This document shows, one piece after another, positions 52,459-64,000 of a DNA stretch of 64,000 nucleotides. The translations under genes and the position numbers were made by a program. The notes under the pieces were generated by a model. That model did not search any database. It was not told the DNA's origin and saw nothing but the letters and a program-made list of their open reading frames with translations. The stretch covers positions 31,000,001-31,064,000 of the forward strand of contig OZ336875.1 of the NCBI GenBank assembly GCA_965287045.1. Reading direction: 5' to 3'. Numbering within the stretch: the first letter of the stretch is position 1; each line of letters starts with the position of its first letter. Origin of the DNA: Carcharhinus amblyrhynchos. Its lineage: Eukaryota.

Positions 52459-52729
52459 CATAGAATATAGAATTCCAACAATGCAGAAATGCAGGCCATT
52501 TTGCCCATTGAGCACTGACAACAATCCCACACAGGCCCTATCCCCATCGCCCCGTGTTTATACCCTCCTAATCCCTCTGACATTAAGGGGCAATTTAGGA
52601 TGGCCAATCCACCAAACCCATGCAGACACAGGGAGAACAAACAAACTCCACACAGACAGCTAACCAAGGTTGGAATAGACCTCAGGGTCCCTGGCACTGT
52701 GAGGCAGCAGTGCTAATCCATGGTGTCAC
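52459..52729 (-). mobile_element. HE1-like V-SINE with CR1-type tail and an internal deletion
   Basis: CATAGAAT...AGGCCATT tail; head ...CCCTGGCACTGTGAGGCAGCAGTGCTAA. Confidence 0.85.
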
Positions 52730-53546
52730 TAATTGAATTAGTTGAACCTGTAAAAATATTCTTACCAATGAGCTTTGTACAATTTAACAATCTTAGCAGT
52801 GCATGATTTAGGTCATTGAGGTCATAACAGGCGCCTGCCCTGGCTCAAACCAACTTCAAAGCAGAATTGTGTCTTGTCATTCTGCATGAGATTCCCCAAG
52901 GATCTGAAGAAAAGGTGCTTCTTCTTTAAGAGGCTTCAGCTTTAACTGAAGAAATTCCAGCGTTAAGTTACCTCTGAGATTGAAGTGTCTTACTCTATGA
53001 AAGGTTAGGGACATTCAGATAGCTTCAAAGGAACTTTTCTGAAGATTGTTTTTTCAAGTTGTAAACAGAGCCATTCCCAGTGAAGCCCACTACAGATGCC
53101 CTGGAATGTGAGATATGTGGAAGATCTACCTACTGTCACCCGAGAGGTTCAGAATGTCAGCAAGAACTCCATCTCATATTCTGGGTCCCTTGGGTGGAAT
53201 CAGGCCTCTCATAACCTGGGAACTTTAGGGACCAGCATTTTTAAAATTCATTCCATTGCGAGATCACACATTGGTGGAAATTCTGTTTGTTCTGGCAGTA
53301 TGTTGTAAGAGATGAAATGGAGAAAATGGGCAGGAGTGCGGAGGATGATAGCTTGTTCGTAATTAATAATCTGTCAACTCCACAGAGCTTCCCTGACTGT
53401 CTATCAATGCTGACAGAACAAATCAAACAAGAACATATTACCAGTTTTATAGTAGGCTTAAGGCTGTCTAGCTGTGCAAGCAAACGTGTGAACACACGTA
53501 CCAAGCTTAACAAATCTACCATGGCATGGTCATGGTCTGTTGGAAG

Positions 53547-53770
53547 ATTTCCTGGCTTGGGCCATTGTCTGTGTGGAGTCTGCACATTCTCCCTATGTGG
53601 GTTCCTCCCACAGTCTGAAAGATGTTAGGTTGAGGTGTATTGGCCATGCTAAATTCTCCTTCAGTGTGCCTGAACAGGCACCAAAGCATGGCGACTAGGG
53701 GATTTTCACATAGCTTTGTTGCAGTGTTAATGTAAACCTACTTGTGACACTAATAAATAAACGTAAACTT
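53547..53770 (+). mobile_element. 5'-truncated V-SINE, alternative tail
   Basis: V-domain plus ...CCTACTTGTGACACTAATAAATAAAC. Confidence 0.83.
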
Positions 53771-54043
53771 CGGAAATTGTACCACTATTAGAGTGATCAA
53801 GATATGGAATTGACTCAGTTAGAGCAGTGGAGGCAATTATTCAAAAAAAGGAGGCAGCAAAGGGGACATGTAGGATGGAAATAACAAGGTGTGCAGAATG
53901 CCTTCCTCATTCTTAATGATTTTATGAACTTGTGAAGGTAATAATGTGGAAAGTGCAATGTTGGTCATTGGCAGGTGGAATGATAAGACTACAAACAGTC
54001 ATAAAAAATGTTCATCAGTGTAGCTAACTGACTTGATGAAGTG

Positions 54044-54234
54044 TGATGTGGAGATGCCGATGTTGGACTGGGGTAAGCACAGTAAGAAGTTTCAGAACAC
54101 CAGGTTAAAGTCCAACAGGTTTATTTGATAGTACAATCTTTCCGAGCGATGCCCAGGGACTCACCTGATGAAGGGACAGTGCTATCAAATAAACCTGTTG
54201 GACTTAAACTGATGTTGTGAGATTTCTTACTGCG
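54044..54234 (-). mobile_element. Short hairpin Penelope-like retroelement with 12-bp TSD and hammerhead remnants
   Basis: TSD CTTGATGAAGTG (54032-54043 and 54235-54246); inverted arms of about 55 bp; CTGATGA at 54165-54171; same family as 15638 in the opposite orientation. Confidence 0.8.
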
Positions 54235-54422
54235 CTTGATGAAGTGCCCCAGGCTTCTCCAGAGGAGGTAGCACTGTTCATTCATTATACTTACAGTACC
54301 ACTGCCAGAGTTGCGAATGCTGTTAGGTAAATCAGGTAAATGAGTTGTGTTCTTCGCGTCTTTGAAAATAGCTTCTTTCATTGAAATCGGTTGCTAACAA
54401 ACCAGTGTCCGTCTGTGCACAG

Positions 54423-54726
54423 GCAACAGCCTCAGATTCCAATCACCACAGCTGCAGGCGTCGTGTATCCCGGTGCTATCTCCATGGCAACCACAGCAGC
54501 ATCGCCACAACTGACATCCGAGTGTTCCAGCGAATCCGGCAGTCCAGAGCCCAGCATCCCAGTCATCCAGAGCACTTACAGCATGAAGGGAGAAAGCGGC
54601 AACCTGGGCGTGAACGAAATGATGAACGGCGAGGACGAGATGGAAATGTACGAGGACTATGAAGACGATCAGAAATCGGACTATAGCAGTGACAATGAGA
54701 ATCAGGAGGCCATCAGCGCCAACTGA
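54423..54726 (+). CDS. SOX6: SOX6 last coding exon: [24 protein letters not shown]...[31 protein letters not shown]
   Basis: CACAG acceptor ending at 54422; phase 2; TGA at 54724-54726. The acidic C-terminus matches recalled SOX6 '...[31 protein letters not shown]'. Confidence 0.96.
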
Positions 54727-54816
54727 ACAGCAACTGCAATCAGACTGTTATTTTGAACAAAAACAAAAGTTATTGATGAGCCTGCATGTGTGGCTCCAAC
54801 AGATTCATCAGCAATG

Positions 54817-56355
54817 GTCTTAAATGTTTCTTAATGTGTGAAGCATTCTGATTGTTTTTTTATTTTTACAAGTATCATGGACATTTTACATTACTGGCTA
54901 CAGCCTGTAAACAAAAAAAACGTCAGGACTTGAAAGCTGTTGCTTAATATAGATTCACAGCTATCCGGCAGTCTTAAAAGGTTTTTTTTTCCTTTCTCTT
55001 TTTTGAGCTTGTTTTAAAATACTTCTTAGTTTTTGTTTTCTTAAGGGGTGGGGGGGGTTGTATTCTCACTCAGGTATGCTGCGCCAACCAGCAACTTGTG
55101 AATGTGTTTTTAATCTGAACTATTTAAAATAACTTAAATTTCATAGTTTTAAAAAGAAAAGTGGGGTGGGGGAGGGGTGGGGGGGGGGGTGCGGGGGTAG
55201 GGGGGGAAGAAAACCAAAACACAAAATGGCAGCACGTGTGCACGTTTAAGCACATCATGAAGCAGAACAACAAAGAGCTGAGCCCTGACTGGATTTCCCT
55301 TTTTTTAAAAAAAAATTCTTTATTTTTGAGTTGCGTATTGTACTGTTTGAATTAAAGTGCCAAACTCCTAATAACATTGCAATCTTAACACTCTGAAAAG
55401 TCTTACTTGGGAGACACTGCAAAAGTCTTAGACAATCGACTGTCATCTTAATGAGGAAACAAAAAAAGCATTATATAGCCACACTTACAAAATGGTTCTT
55501 TCCAGACAGCAGCGAAGTTACTCAGGAATATGGACGAAGGATATCTATTTGAGACAGAGGAGGAGCTTGCCAGAGTGCATGTGTCCAATCACTTCTTTTG
55601 GTGTGCCACAATAGGGTGTTCAACAGTTATTTGTCACTGCCCGCCAAGATGTCTTGCACTTGCCTCCTAAGCATGGTTTCCAGCCCTTTATCTCATTGTG
55701 TTGGTTTCCGTTGAGAGTATCTTAGTCATTCCAGAGATCCATGGGGCCAATAATCCAGGATTATTGAGTTTGAAAGAAAACGCGAGGGAAATTTATTTCT
55801 TAAAACTTGGGGGCAAATGAGAGACTGTAGGTTTCTGGGTGTTCTGTTCAGGTGGGCTACTTTTCACCAAACAGGCTGAATGTGTTGAACTTGTACAGGA
55901 ATAACTCCATCAGTTTGAATTTGCCCCTTGTAATTGGCACTAAGTCTTTCACCCTTTCTCGCCCCCCTGTGCCCCCCATCCCCCAGAGTTAAGAAGGTTA
56001 GATAGGTTGATCTGATTTCAGTCTCCCAGGAATATTGTTGAGGTAACAGAGGGATAGAGAGAGAGGAGAGCTCGGTGTGTGTTGAGGGGTGGGGGGGGGG
56101 GGGGCCGTCAGTGTTTCATTTGATATATGTTCCAGCTGATCCTGGAGTCCTACCTGCTGTTCAATGGTGTTAAGTAAATGTACTTAAATGAAAATAAAAT
56201 CCATTCCTCTGCACTGTCAACTTTCACCATGATGAACACAAGTGGGCTAGGGATGAGCAGGGAAGAAACTATTAATGACTTAACATTTTACTTAATTTCA
56301 CAATGTCTTAATTCAGCTACTGCATTGCTGTGAAAACTACACGGTAAGGTCTTAA
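54817..56355 (+). promoter_or_regulatory. Cluster of six miR-499/miR-208 family seed matches in the 3'UTR
   Basis: GTCTTAA 54817-54823, AGTCTTAA 54970-54977, AGTCTTA 55399-55405 and 55424-55430, GTCTTAA 56305-56311 and 56349-56355. Repression of Sox6 by miR-499 is established in muscle fibre-type control. Confidence 0.75.
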
Positions 56356-58285
56356 ACTTAAATGAGATTTGGTGTGCAGGAAATAAGTGAGATACATCAA
56401 AGTTACAAACAGCACAGACGAACTTTAAAAACTATATGGTGCATCTCCATCAACCCACCCTGAGGATGCAAATCTTCCATTTTAAACACTTAATACGTGC
56501 TGCAAAATATAAATGACCATTATTAAATTTTAAAAGTATTACTGATGGGTAATTGGATTCAGGAGGATTTTTTCTTTGTTTTGAAGTCAGGGATAAAATG
56601 TAAACTATTGCTGAGGAGTGAGACATAATTCCGCTTATTATTCACCCCTCCCCCCCACCACCACCTCCAATAAATAATGAAACTCCATTACTTAATGTTG
56701 GACAAGTTTGATTAGACTGTGATAATATAGTTGGAATGTCACGCAATGAGAATAACTGATGAACACTCTGTTTTTTTTGCAATTTATTCAAGGTACTGAC
56801 AAAAGTTATTTCATTCAGAAAACAAAAAGATTTGAACTTTATATCTGGCTTCAACTTGAGGAGGGAGGAGTGAGGGGATGGTCTCTATTTCACATAATTC
56901 TAATTTATAGAGGTTCTTATAATCTCTTGATAATAATCTGCTCCCCTCAACTGCTTTTATTTTAAAATTTCAGTTTTTACTTAGGACAGTGTATGGCTTG
57001 TAGAATGAGAGTACTTTTTTTTTAGTTTATTCTTCATTGCACACAAACATTTAGTTATTTTAGCTGTTTTGTTGCCAGGCCAATATGATATAATGCAGGC
57101 TGGTGGGAACACAAAGGACTGTTTTTTTTTGGGACTGAAACTTGATTATGCTTTGTAGTGTGTGTATGTATATATTTTTATATATATAATATATATAATA
57201 TGATACACATACACACATGGATACACATTATGTACACGCTCACTCACACACACACACACACATACACACATACACACACAGGATGTTTTAAAGTGTTATG
57301 AGCACTGGATATAAATGATATTTTTTATCACTTCTGACTAATGTGAAACTGTTGTAAGAGATAGTACATGAACAAAATGTCACCTGTTCCGACTCGCGTG
57401 GGCCTGCCTCACAGTTGCCAGATTTGAGTCATTTTATGTCTAGTAACTTTATTTATGCAAAAAAAAGGAGAAAATGTTATGTATGAATACTTTGTTTTAG
57501 CTCCACCTCAGCGTCCCCCTTTTTCCTTCACCTCTGTCGTCCTCCCCTCCCCTGATTTTGTTATCTTCCTTTTCTCTCTCGCCCAGCACCCCACAAAAAG
57601 TTCACCATTTTTTAAATGACCACGTGCTCTCCAAACGGATTGGCTGAACAGACGTCACCAAACTCATTACTTTTTTTTAAAATGGTCAGAAATTTATTTC
57701 TTTGTAAATTACATTTGAAGGTTGACTAGATCAAATAAATGTTTGTGTAATATTTATTAGCCGAAATCAGGCTCTAAAATATCACTGCAGAGTTACTCAA
57801 CCGAGACAATCAAAGCAGGAAATAGTACAAATTTACGTAAATTGGAGCTTAAAACAAAGTTACAAGAAAAAAAATCCACCATCTCATTTTAGATTTTTTT
57901 TAAATTGTAAATATAACATAGGAAATAGAATTCTATTTTTGTTCATGATACATAGTGAAATATAAGTTATGTATTTACTGTTTTGTTATACATCATTGTA
58001 TGTTGGTCCACATTTTTAAATGCTGACAAGTCTCTGTACCTCATGTAGATGCTGAACTCACACCCGCAATGACATAGCAGTATTGGACCTTTAGCTGAGG
58101 TGTCCAAACGCCTCGCTTGTGGTCAATTTCTCATGTTTTTGTATTGTAATTATTATTATTAAGGATATATATAGCGTTACAGTTAGTAATGTGCGGAGTA
58201 GGGAAATAATTTTATTTAAAAGAAAAGAAATCACTTTTTGAATCATTGTACTGTGCCCATTTCATGGTAGGAAAAGAAACAATCA
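55431..58285 (+). promoter_or_regulatory. Three miR-219-5p seed matches in the 3'UTR
   Basis: GACAATC 55431-55437, GACAATCA 57805-57812, ACAATCA 58279-58285. Sox6 is an established miR-219 target in oligodendrocytes. Confidence 0.65.
57157..57280. repeat. (TG)/(TA)/(CA)n microsatellite cluster in the 3'UTR
   Basis: Directly visible dinucleotide runs. Confidence 0.85.
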
Positions 58286-61196
58286 GACAAAATTTGTAAT
58301 TTCTTTTTATGAATTCATACTTTCCTTCTGTGTAAAAGTAAGCTTATCAAACCTGGGGCTGGTGAGAGGGAGGGCTGGGGATGGGGGCGGGGGGGAAATT
58401 TGTGGAAATCAAACTTTTTTACAATTGCTCTGGGTTACTCCTCAGAGTGAGTTGTGTTTATGGGAACGTGTTCGTTCGCAACTCCCTTTTAACTGTTTCG
58501 AAGTGGCATGACGTTGTTGATGAATTAGTATGCCCTGGCACAGTGACATATAGCAATATGTGCCAACAGAGTCAGGAGTACAACAACGGGCACCAGATGG
58601 TAATGAAATGCAAGATAAACAGGGAACTTGACAAATAGGAGAGGTTTTCACTTGATGCCACTGGTTCAATCAGTTAAGTGTATTTTACCTTGGTTGTATT
58701 TAAATAATAATTGGCCTCAACATTCATAATTTTTGTGACACAAGTAAATTATTATGGATCATTTCAGCTGGCTGCAGCCATGAATCAAATTCCCTTTCCA
58801 ATTTTAGATCATTGCTTGCAAATATCATGCAAGGGCAAGCATGTTAGCAAACCTTGTCTCATTATTAGTCAATAGGATACTTTTAAAAGTTTCCTTGATA
58901 AGCTCAGCAGAAGATGCAGAAGAAGGATAATAATCTTGTAAGAGAGGCAATGCCTTTGTTTAGAGTGTTTGACAAACCTTTATTTGGAAAGAGGAAATGC
59001 AAAGAGCTATGTGTCATTCTTCAACATGTGCAATTGACATTTTTCGACTTTCTTCTTTGTGTTATGTGTTTCATTAAATGCAAAAAATAAGTTTGCCAAA
59101 CACTTTCTTTTCATAAATTTGGGTGATTATTATGTCTGGTTAATTTATACATTAGCAAAGCAGATGGAATCTGAATAAAATGGGCAGTTGTGACTGTAGC
59201 AAATTTACCCAAACCTGGCAGAAATACGTAAGTAGAGATTTAAAATACGTGTAGAAGAGACTCAGGAGATTGTCCTGACTCCTAGATTAGTAGCTGCACT
59301 TTTTGTGATGCCACATATAAGGTGGAGCAAGCAATGATGCAGAAGTAGTTGCACATTGGGATCTCCACTCTTCGTGGAAACTACCATTCTTGACAATTCA
59401 TGTTATGATAAATATATGTTTTATTCCCAGGCAGTGGCATAATTAAAACAAAAATCATATGTTGCATTAACTGTTCTGTTTTAGAAAATAATAATTTGAC
59501 CCAATAACTTGATCTGCCATATGCATTCACTTCGAATTTGACCCCTGTGTCAAAATGTATTAGGTATGTCTTTTTCTAAGATTAATGCAGTATTGAAAAT
59601 ATGGGGTCCTTGCAGCAAACTGGTAGTTTGGCCAACTTTGGAGCGACATAACGCATTTTATTTTTTTCTTTTTGGCGAATGACTTGCTCCTAAATTTCAC
59701 CCGTCCTTTATTTCCCCCCCACTCTTTTTTTTGTCACAAGCCAGCAAAGATGCCAGGCTTACGTGAACCACACAAGTGAGGTGTTTGCCGCTCTGGGGAG
59801 TATGGGAAAACGTGCAAATAAAAAATTAGTTTTTTTTAATAAAACAAATCCTGCACATTGCAGCCTTGCTATGTGCATCTGCTGATTGTCTTCCTTTGTC
59901 ACTTGTGTCTCGTGCTGGAGTGTGTGATTTTATAAAATAACCTACCCTCAGCTGTTGAGTAGGGTAACAGGAGCTTTTGTAGCAGTTTGGTTCATTCATT
60001 TGCAAGTACTTGCCATTTTCTTTTTGTTGTTGATAAACTACATTAAGACATGCTTATAAGCTGTTCCTACATAGCTTTTTACTGTAACTTTATCTTCCAG
60101 CGTTGGAAGTTTTATTTTTCATTGTGATGTATATTGTGATGTTGTTCTCCATGTTAATTTAATCAGCAAATTTCACTGACTTGCTGGACTGACATGCTAG
60201 CTGCTGATAAAAGTGTAAAAGGTTTGGTTAGGTTATATTTTGTTTTAGCGCGCATGACTGACAACTGGGACTCTTGTCGCCATGGTACTATCTATGCTTT
60301 CGTCCCTATAGCAACACTGGGTGTGGCTCTTAAGAAAGAAAAGGCTGCTCCACACGTGTCTTGTACAGCAGAATTTAATAATTTAATTTTTTTTTAAAAA
60401 AGAAAAGTAAAGATCAACTTCTCCACATTTTGAATTTATAACAATGCAGGTACCTGGGCCCACAGCAGGTAAATGTTTGGGTATTTAGAGAAATAGTGTC
60501 TGCTGCTGCTTTGAAAATGTTAAAAGTCTGACAAAATGTAAATAATTTATCGAAAAAAAAGAAAAAAAAAGACTTGTACAGTCTCATGTAAAGTTTGTAA
60601 TTGAACATAAGGAAAAAAAGCTCCATCACATGTTCCTCATATTCTGCTCTTTATACAGTACAAAAGACAACTTGTTTGCTAAGGATGATGTAAAACCTTC
60701 TTGATTATGTTCAATGTCCTACTGTCACTTTTCCCCGCTTGGCGTTACTCATAATGTAAACCAGCCTTTATTTTCTGCAGTATTGACGTGAGGTAAAGAA
60801 AAGAAATAATTAGGGTTAAATTTATTTTAGCGGTACTAGTAGTCTGACCTCCTCTGCCTCCATTATATTTGAAATAATAAAAAAAAGATGATGAAAACAC
60901 CAGTCAAAAGACACCAACCTGTTATTTTCTGGCGTTTACAGGCACCTTATCATTATGTACAATTTCAAAAGAAAAAAGGCCTTTTGCACAAGGTGGTATT
61001 ACAGACTCTGGATAATAATGCCATCTTCTTATTGTTACATTGGATATGATAAGACAGGGATTTGGGGCCTTATGGGGAGTGGCTGTGAGACTGCCTGAGC
61101 TCATTTTACCTCAAAACTATCCTCTCTTTTTCTCTCTCTCTTGCTCTCTCTTTCGATATATATATAAATATATATATTCACCATCACTCCATCTTT

Positions 61197-61260
61197 TGTA
61201 CTGCTGTTGACACTTAATTAAAGATAAATTTTGTTTTATGATGCTTGTGTTTCTTCTATG
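61197..61260 (+). terminator. Candidate distal polyadenylation signal
   Basis: TGTA (61197-61200), then ATTAAA (61217-61222), then a T/GT-rich downstream tract; TEs resume about 200 nt later. Other AATAAA hexamers at 56193, 57734, 59817, 59838 and 60876 could be proximal sites. Confidence 0.5.
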
Positions 61261-61431
61261 ATTTATCGAGTGATTAAAATTGTTTTCTGCTCATTTGAAT
61301 TTGAAAGTAAACATTAGTGGCAGAGTAAGTTTATTTGCTCAGAATTTTCACGTTTGGAAATAGCTTCAATGTAGATACGAAAATATGTTCATGTGGTGAA
61401 CAAAAATGTCTAATGACACTTTTGAAGCGAC

Positions 61432-61707
61432 TTTAGGTTATTTATTAGTGTCACAAGTCAGTTTATATTCACAATGCAATGAAGTTACTATGAAAATCAC
61501 CTATTCACCATACTCTGGCACTTGTTTGAGTACACTGATGGAGAATTTAGCATGGCTAATGCACCTAACCAGATGGGATGACTGGGAGGAATCCGGAGCA
61601 CTCGGAGAAAATCGACACAGACTCCAGCAGACAGTGACCCAAGCCAGGAATCAATCCCAGGTCCCTGGCTTTGTGAGCAGCAGTGCCAACCACTGTGCCA
61701 CCGTGCC
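61432..61707 (-). mobile_element. V-SINE, alternative tail
   Basis: TTATTTATTAGTGTCACAAG...CACTGTGCCACCGTGCC. Confidence 0.85.
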
Positions 61708-61849
61708 TTCAGCTGCAATTTCCTCTAAGGAGTGAAATGAAAAGGTTATCATCTCGAGACTCACTGAATACTCAGGGCAAATCCAGGGGCTTTGTCCAGT
61801 TCTTTGAGTGTGCTTTCTGAAATTTCTAAACAAGTTGCATCTGTACAAC

Positions 61850-62120
61850 ACTCAAATAAATGGCATGGACCACTTAACAATGAGAAAAGCGTTTAAAACT
61901 GAGAGAAAAAAAATTCAGGGCAAGACTAAACACAAGAGTTAGAGAGAGGAGGCTTTTAAAGAGAGTAAGGGAGGTGACAAAGCAAAGTGGTTGCGAGAGA
62001 GAAGAATCATAGTGATTGAAAGATTGGTTTCCAGTAGTGAAGAGGATGGAACAGAGAACAAGCAATAATCAGAGAAGGAGCTGCAGGCAAAATGGGGGGA
62101 GGCAAGATATAAAGTAGACA
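61850..62120 (-). mobile_element. Decayed L2 LINE 3' fragment
   Basis: Purine-rich GAGGCTTTTAAAGAG...GGAGG...GAGAGAAGAATC pattern resembling a reversed L2 ORF2 end. Confidence 0.4.
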
Positions 62121-62227
62121 CTCAGGGCAGGATTTAATAGTGGTGGGGGAATGGGGGGAAGGAGGCATTTACTGGCTGGGAAACCAGTTGCAACTCCACA
62201 TGGACTATTTTCGGGAGGCCGTATGAT

Positions 62228-63045
62228 AGATAGGAACATACCAATCAGAAGCAGGATTAAGCCATTCAGCCCTGCTCCACCATTTGATTAGATCATGGCT
62301 GATTTGACTGTGGCCTCAACTCCACTTTCCTGTCTACCCTCTATATCCTTTGATTCCCTTGTCATCTATCGAACTCAGCAGTAGAAATAGTCAATGACCC
62401 AGCCGCCACTGCTCCCCGACAAGAAAATTTCCACGAACTAATGACCATCAGCGAGAAAGAAAATTCTCCTCTCTGACTTAAATGAGAAACCTCTTATTTT
62501 TAAACTGGCCCCCCCCCTAGTTCTATCTCTCTCACAAAGGGAAACATCCTCTCAGCACCCACACTGACAAGCCACCTCAGGATTTTAAGGGGTGGTATTT
62601 TCTACATAATCCCTCACATTTTGTGGGAACTTAGGCCATTCGCCATCGGCCGGCAATAGGATCTTCCAGACCACCGTCATCACCAGGGTTTCACTTTGAA
62701 TACACCCCTCATCATCAGGAAACTGGCGGCATACATGAGCCATCAGTATGACTGGAAGATCCCGCCAACATGAATGGCTAGAAAGTTCCAGACTATATGT
62801 TTCAATAAGATTGCTGTCATGGATACAGATCCAACCTTCCCTCAGAAGATAACACTTTCATCTCAGGAATCAGTCGATGAAACCTTCCCAGAATTGCTTC
62901 TAGTATAATGGTATTCTTTCTTAAGTTAGGAGGCCAAAACTGCACACAATACACATGTAGTCTCAACAACTGAAGCAAAATTTCCTTACTTTTATATTTA
63001 ATTCCCTTTGCAGTAAACATTCTATTTTCCTTTCTAGTCACATGA
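62228..63045 (-). mobile_element. CR1 LINE 3' portion, interrupted by a Harbinger-like MITE (62589-62793)
   Basis: Minus-strand ORF KGIKYKSKEILLQL...YCVQFW.P.LRK...RF.RLIP.MK.LS.E.RL is CR1 ORF2; the MITE sits after TAA inside CCTCAGGATTTTA|TATGTTTCAATAAGAT. Confidence 0.8.
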
Positions 63046-63624
63046 TAACTTTTGGCAATCAAGTACCTAATGGGCATTTTGTCGGCCTGCTGTCAGGCTT
63101 TCCGTCTCCCATGAGGGAACTTCCCTCTGGTGTGCAGCAGATATCCTGCTTTCGAAACCTTCCAGCCAATCAGAGGTTGGCAGTGCCACCAAGCAAGAGA
63201 TGGACGTTACCAGTACGGCAGTATGGCTTACACTGGAATCATCAATGCCAGAACCCCCAGAAATAGGTGAATGGGGCAGGTTGTCCCCTGGGGCCAGGGA
63301 GAGAGAGAGCGAGAGATCTGTTTGGGGAGGGTGGGGGGGGGGGGGGGGGGGGGGGGTGCGGGGGTGGTGGGGGAGGCCAAAAGGGGCTTGACTTAGATGG
63401 GTGGTCTTATTCTAAGTCCTTTCGTTCCCACTGGTGGCTGTCCCTGTCAGACTTGGATGGCAGAAAGGGACATTTCCCCCCTCCGCCCCCCCCCCACCCC
63501 CCCGCCACCCCAGCTGCCAAGCAGGCACCAAGCCAACCTGAAAGATTTTCCTGGCAGTAGACTTGCCCCTGCTGGTTGTTTGTTAAATACCAGTGGCTCC
63601 TTCAGTCATCGAAGGGGAAACCAC

Positions 63625-64000
63625 CAATGCTATCAAACAGCACTTGTTCAGCAATAAGCTGCTCACAAGCGCTTAGTTTGGTTCCACCAGAGTCACTCAA
63701 TCCCTGACTTCATTCCAGCCTTGGTTCAAACATAAACAAAAGAGCTGAACTCCAGAGGTGAAAAGAGAGTGACTGCTCTTGACATCAAGGCATCATTTGA
63801 CCGAGTATGGCACCAAGGAGTCTGAGCAAAACTGCAGTCAATGGGAATCAGGGAGAAATCTCTCCGCTGGTTGGCACAAAGAAATATGGTTGTTGTTGTT
63901 AGAGATCAACCATCTCAACGTCACAGCAGGAGCTTATCAAGGTAGTGACCTGGTCTCAACCATCCTCAGTTGCTTCACCTTCAGACCTTCCTTTCATCAT
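63625..64000 (+). mobile_element. Decayed CR1/L2-group LINE reverse transcriptase, running off the window end
   Basis: Translation gives IKQHLFSNKLL...KELNSRGEKRVTALDIKASFDRVWHQG*..KLQSMGI, with stops and frameshifts. Confidence 0.8.

Larger units (their letters stand above)
54727..61240 (+). other. SOX6: Probable long SOX6 3'UTR (about 6.5 kb)
   Basis: AU-rich sequence with homopolymer runs and no recognisable SINE or LINE until 61432; many miRNA seed and Pumilio motifs. The end is inferred from the poly(A) signal context. Mammalian SOX6 is known to have a multi-kb 3'UTR. Confidence 0.65.

Noticed and set aside
63325-63495. Long G and C runs, and Gly/Pro-rich ORFs
   Set aside because: Homopolymer tracts inside a GC-rich repeat element; no evidence of coding function.

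Overview
This is vertebrate genomic DNA, almost certainly from a shark or other elasmobranch, judged from HE1-like V-SINEs, a DeuSINE and shark-type CR1, L2 and Rex1 relics. It holds the 3' part of SOX6 on the + strand. Five coding exons (1507-1688, 28107-28215, 43024-43257, 51911-52127, 54423-54726) have GT-AG junctions with matching phases and encode about 348 C-terminal residues, including the split SoxD HMG box. An apparently TE-free 3'UTR of about 6.5 kb follows, with six miR-499/208 seed sites, three miR-219 sites and a likely distal poly(A) signal near 61217. The introns are full of decayed mobile elements. The most interesting signals are: (i) short hairpin-shaped Penelope-like elements with exact 12-bp target-site duplications and hammerhead-ribozyme remnants; (ii) a V-SINE present with two different 3' tails, one CR1-like and one matching the end of a Rex1/Babar LINE; (iii) inverted TE pairs around the HMG exons; (iv) a degenerate 37-bp tandem array; and (v) an unexplained E-box-containing segment at about 30.1-30.8 kb. 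No new protein-coding system could be supported. Repeat family names come from recalled motifs, not database searches, and repeat boundaries are approximate.
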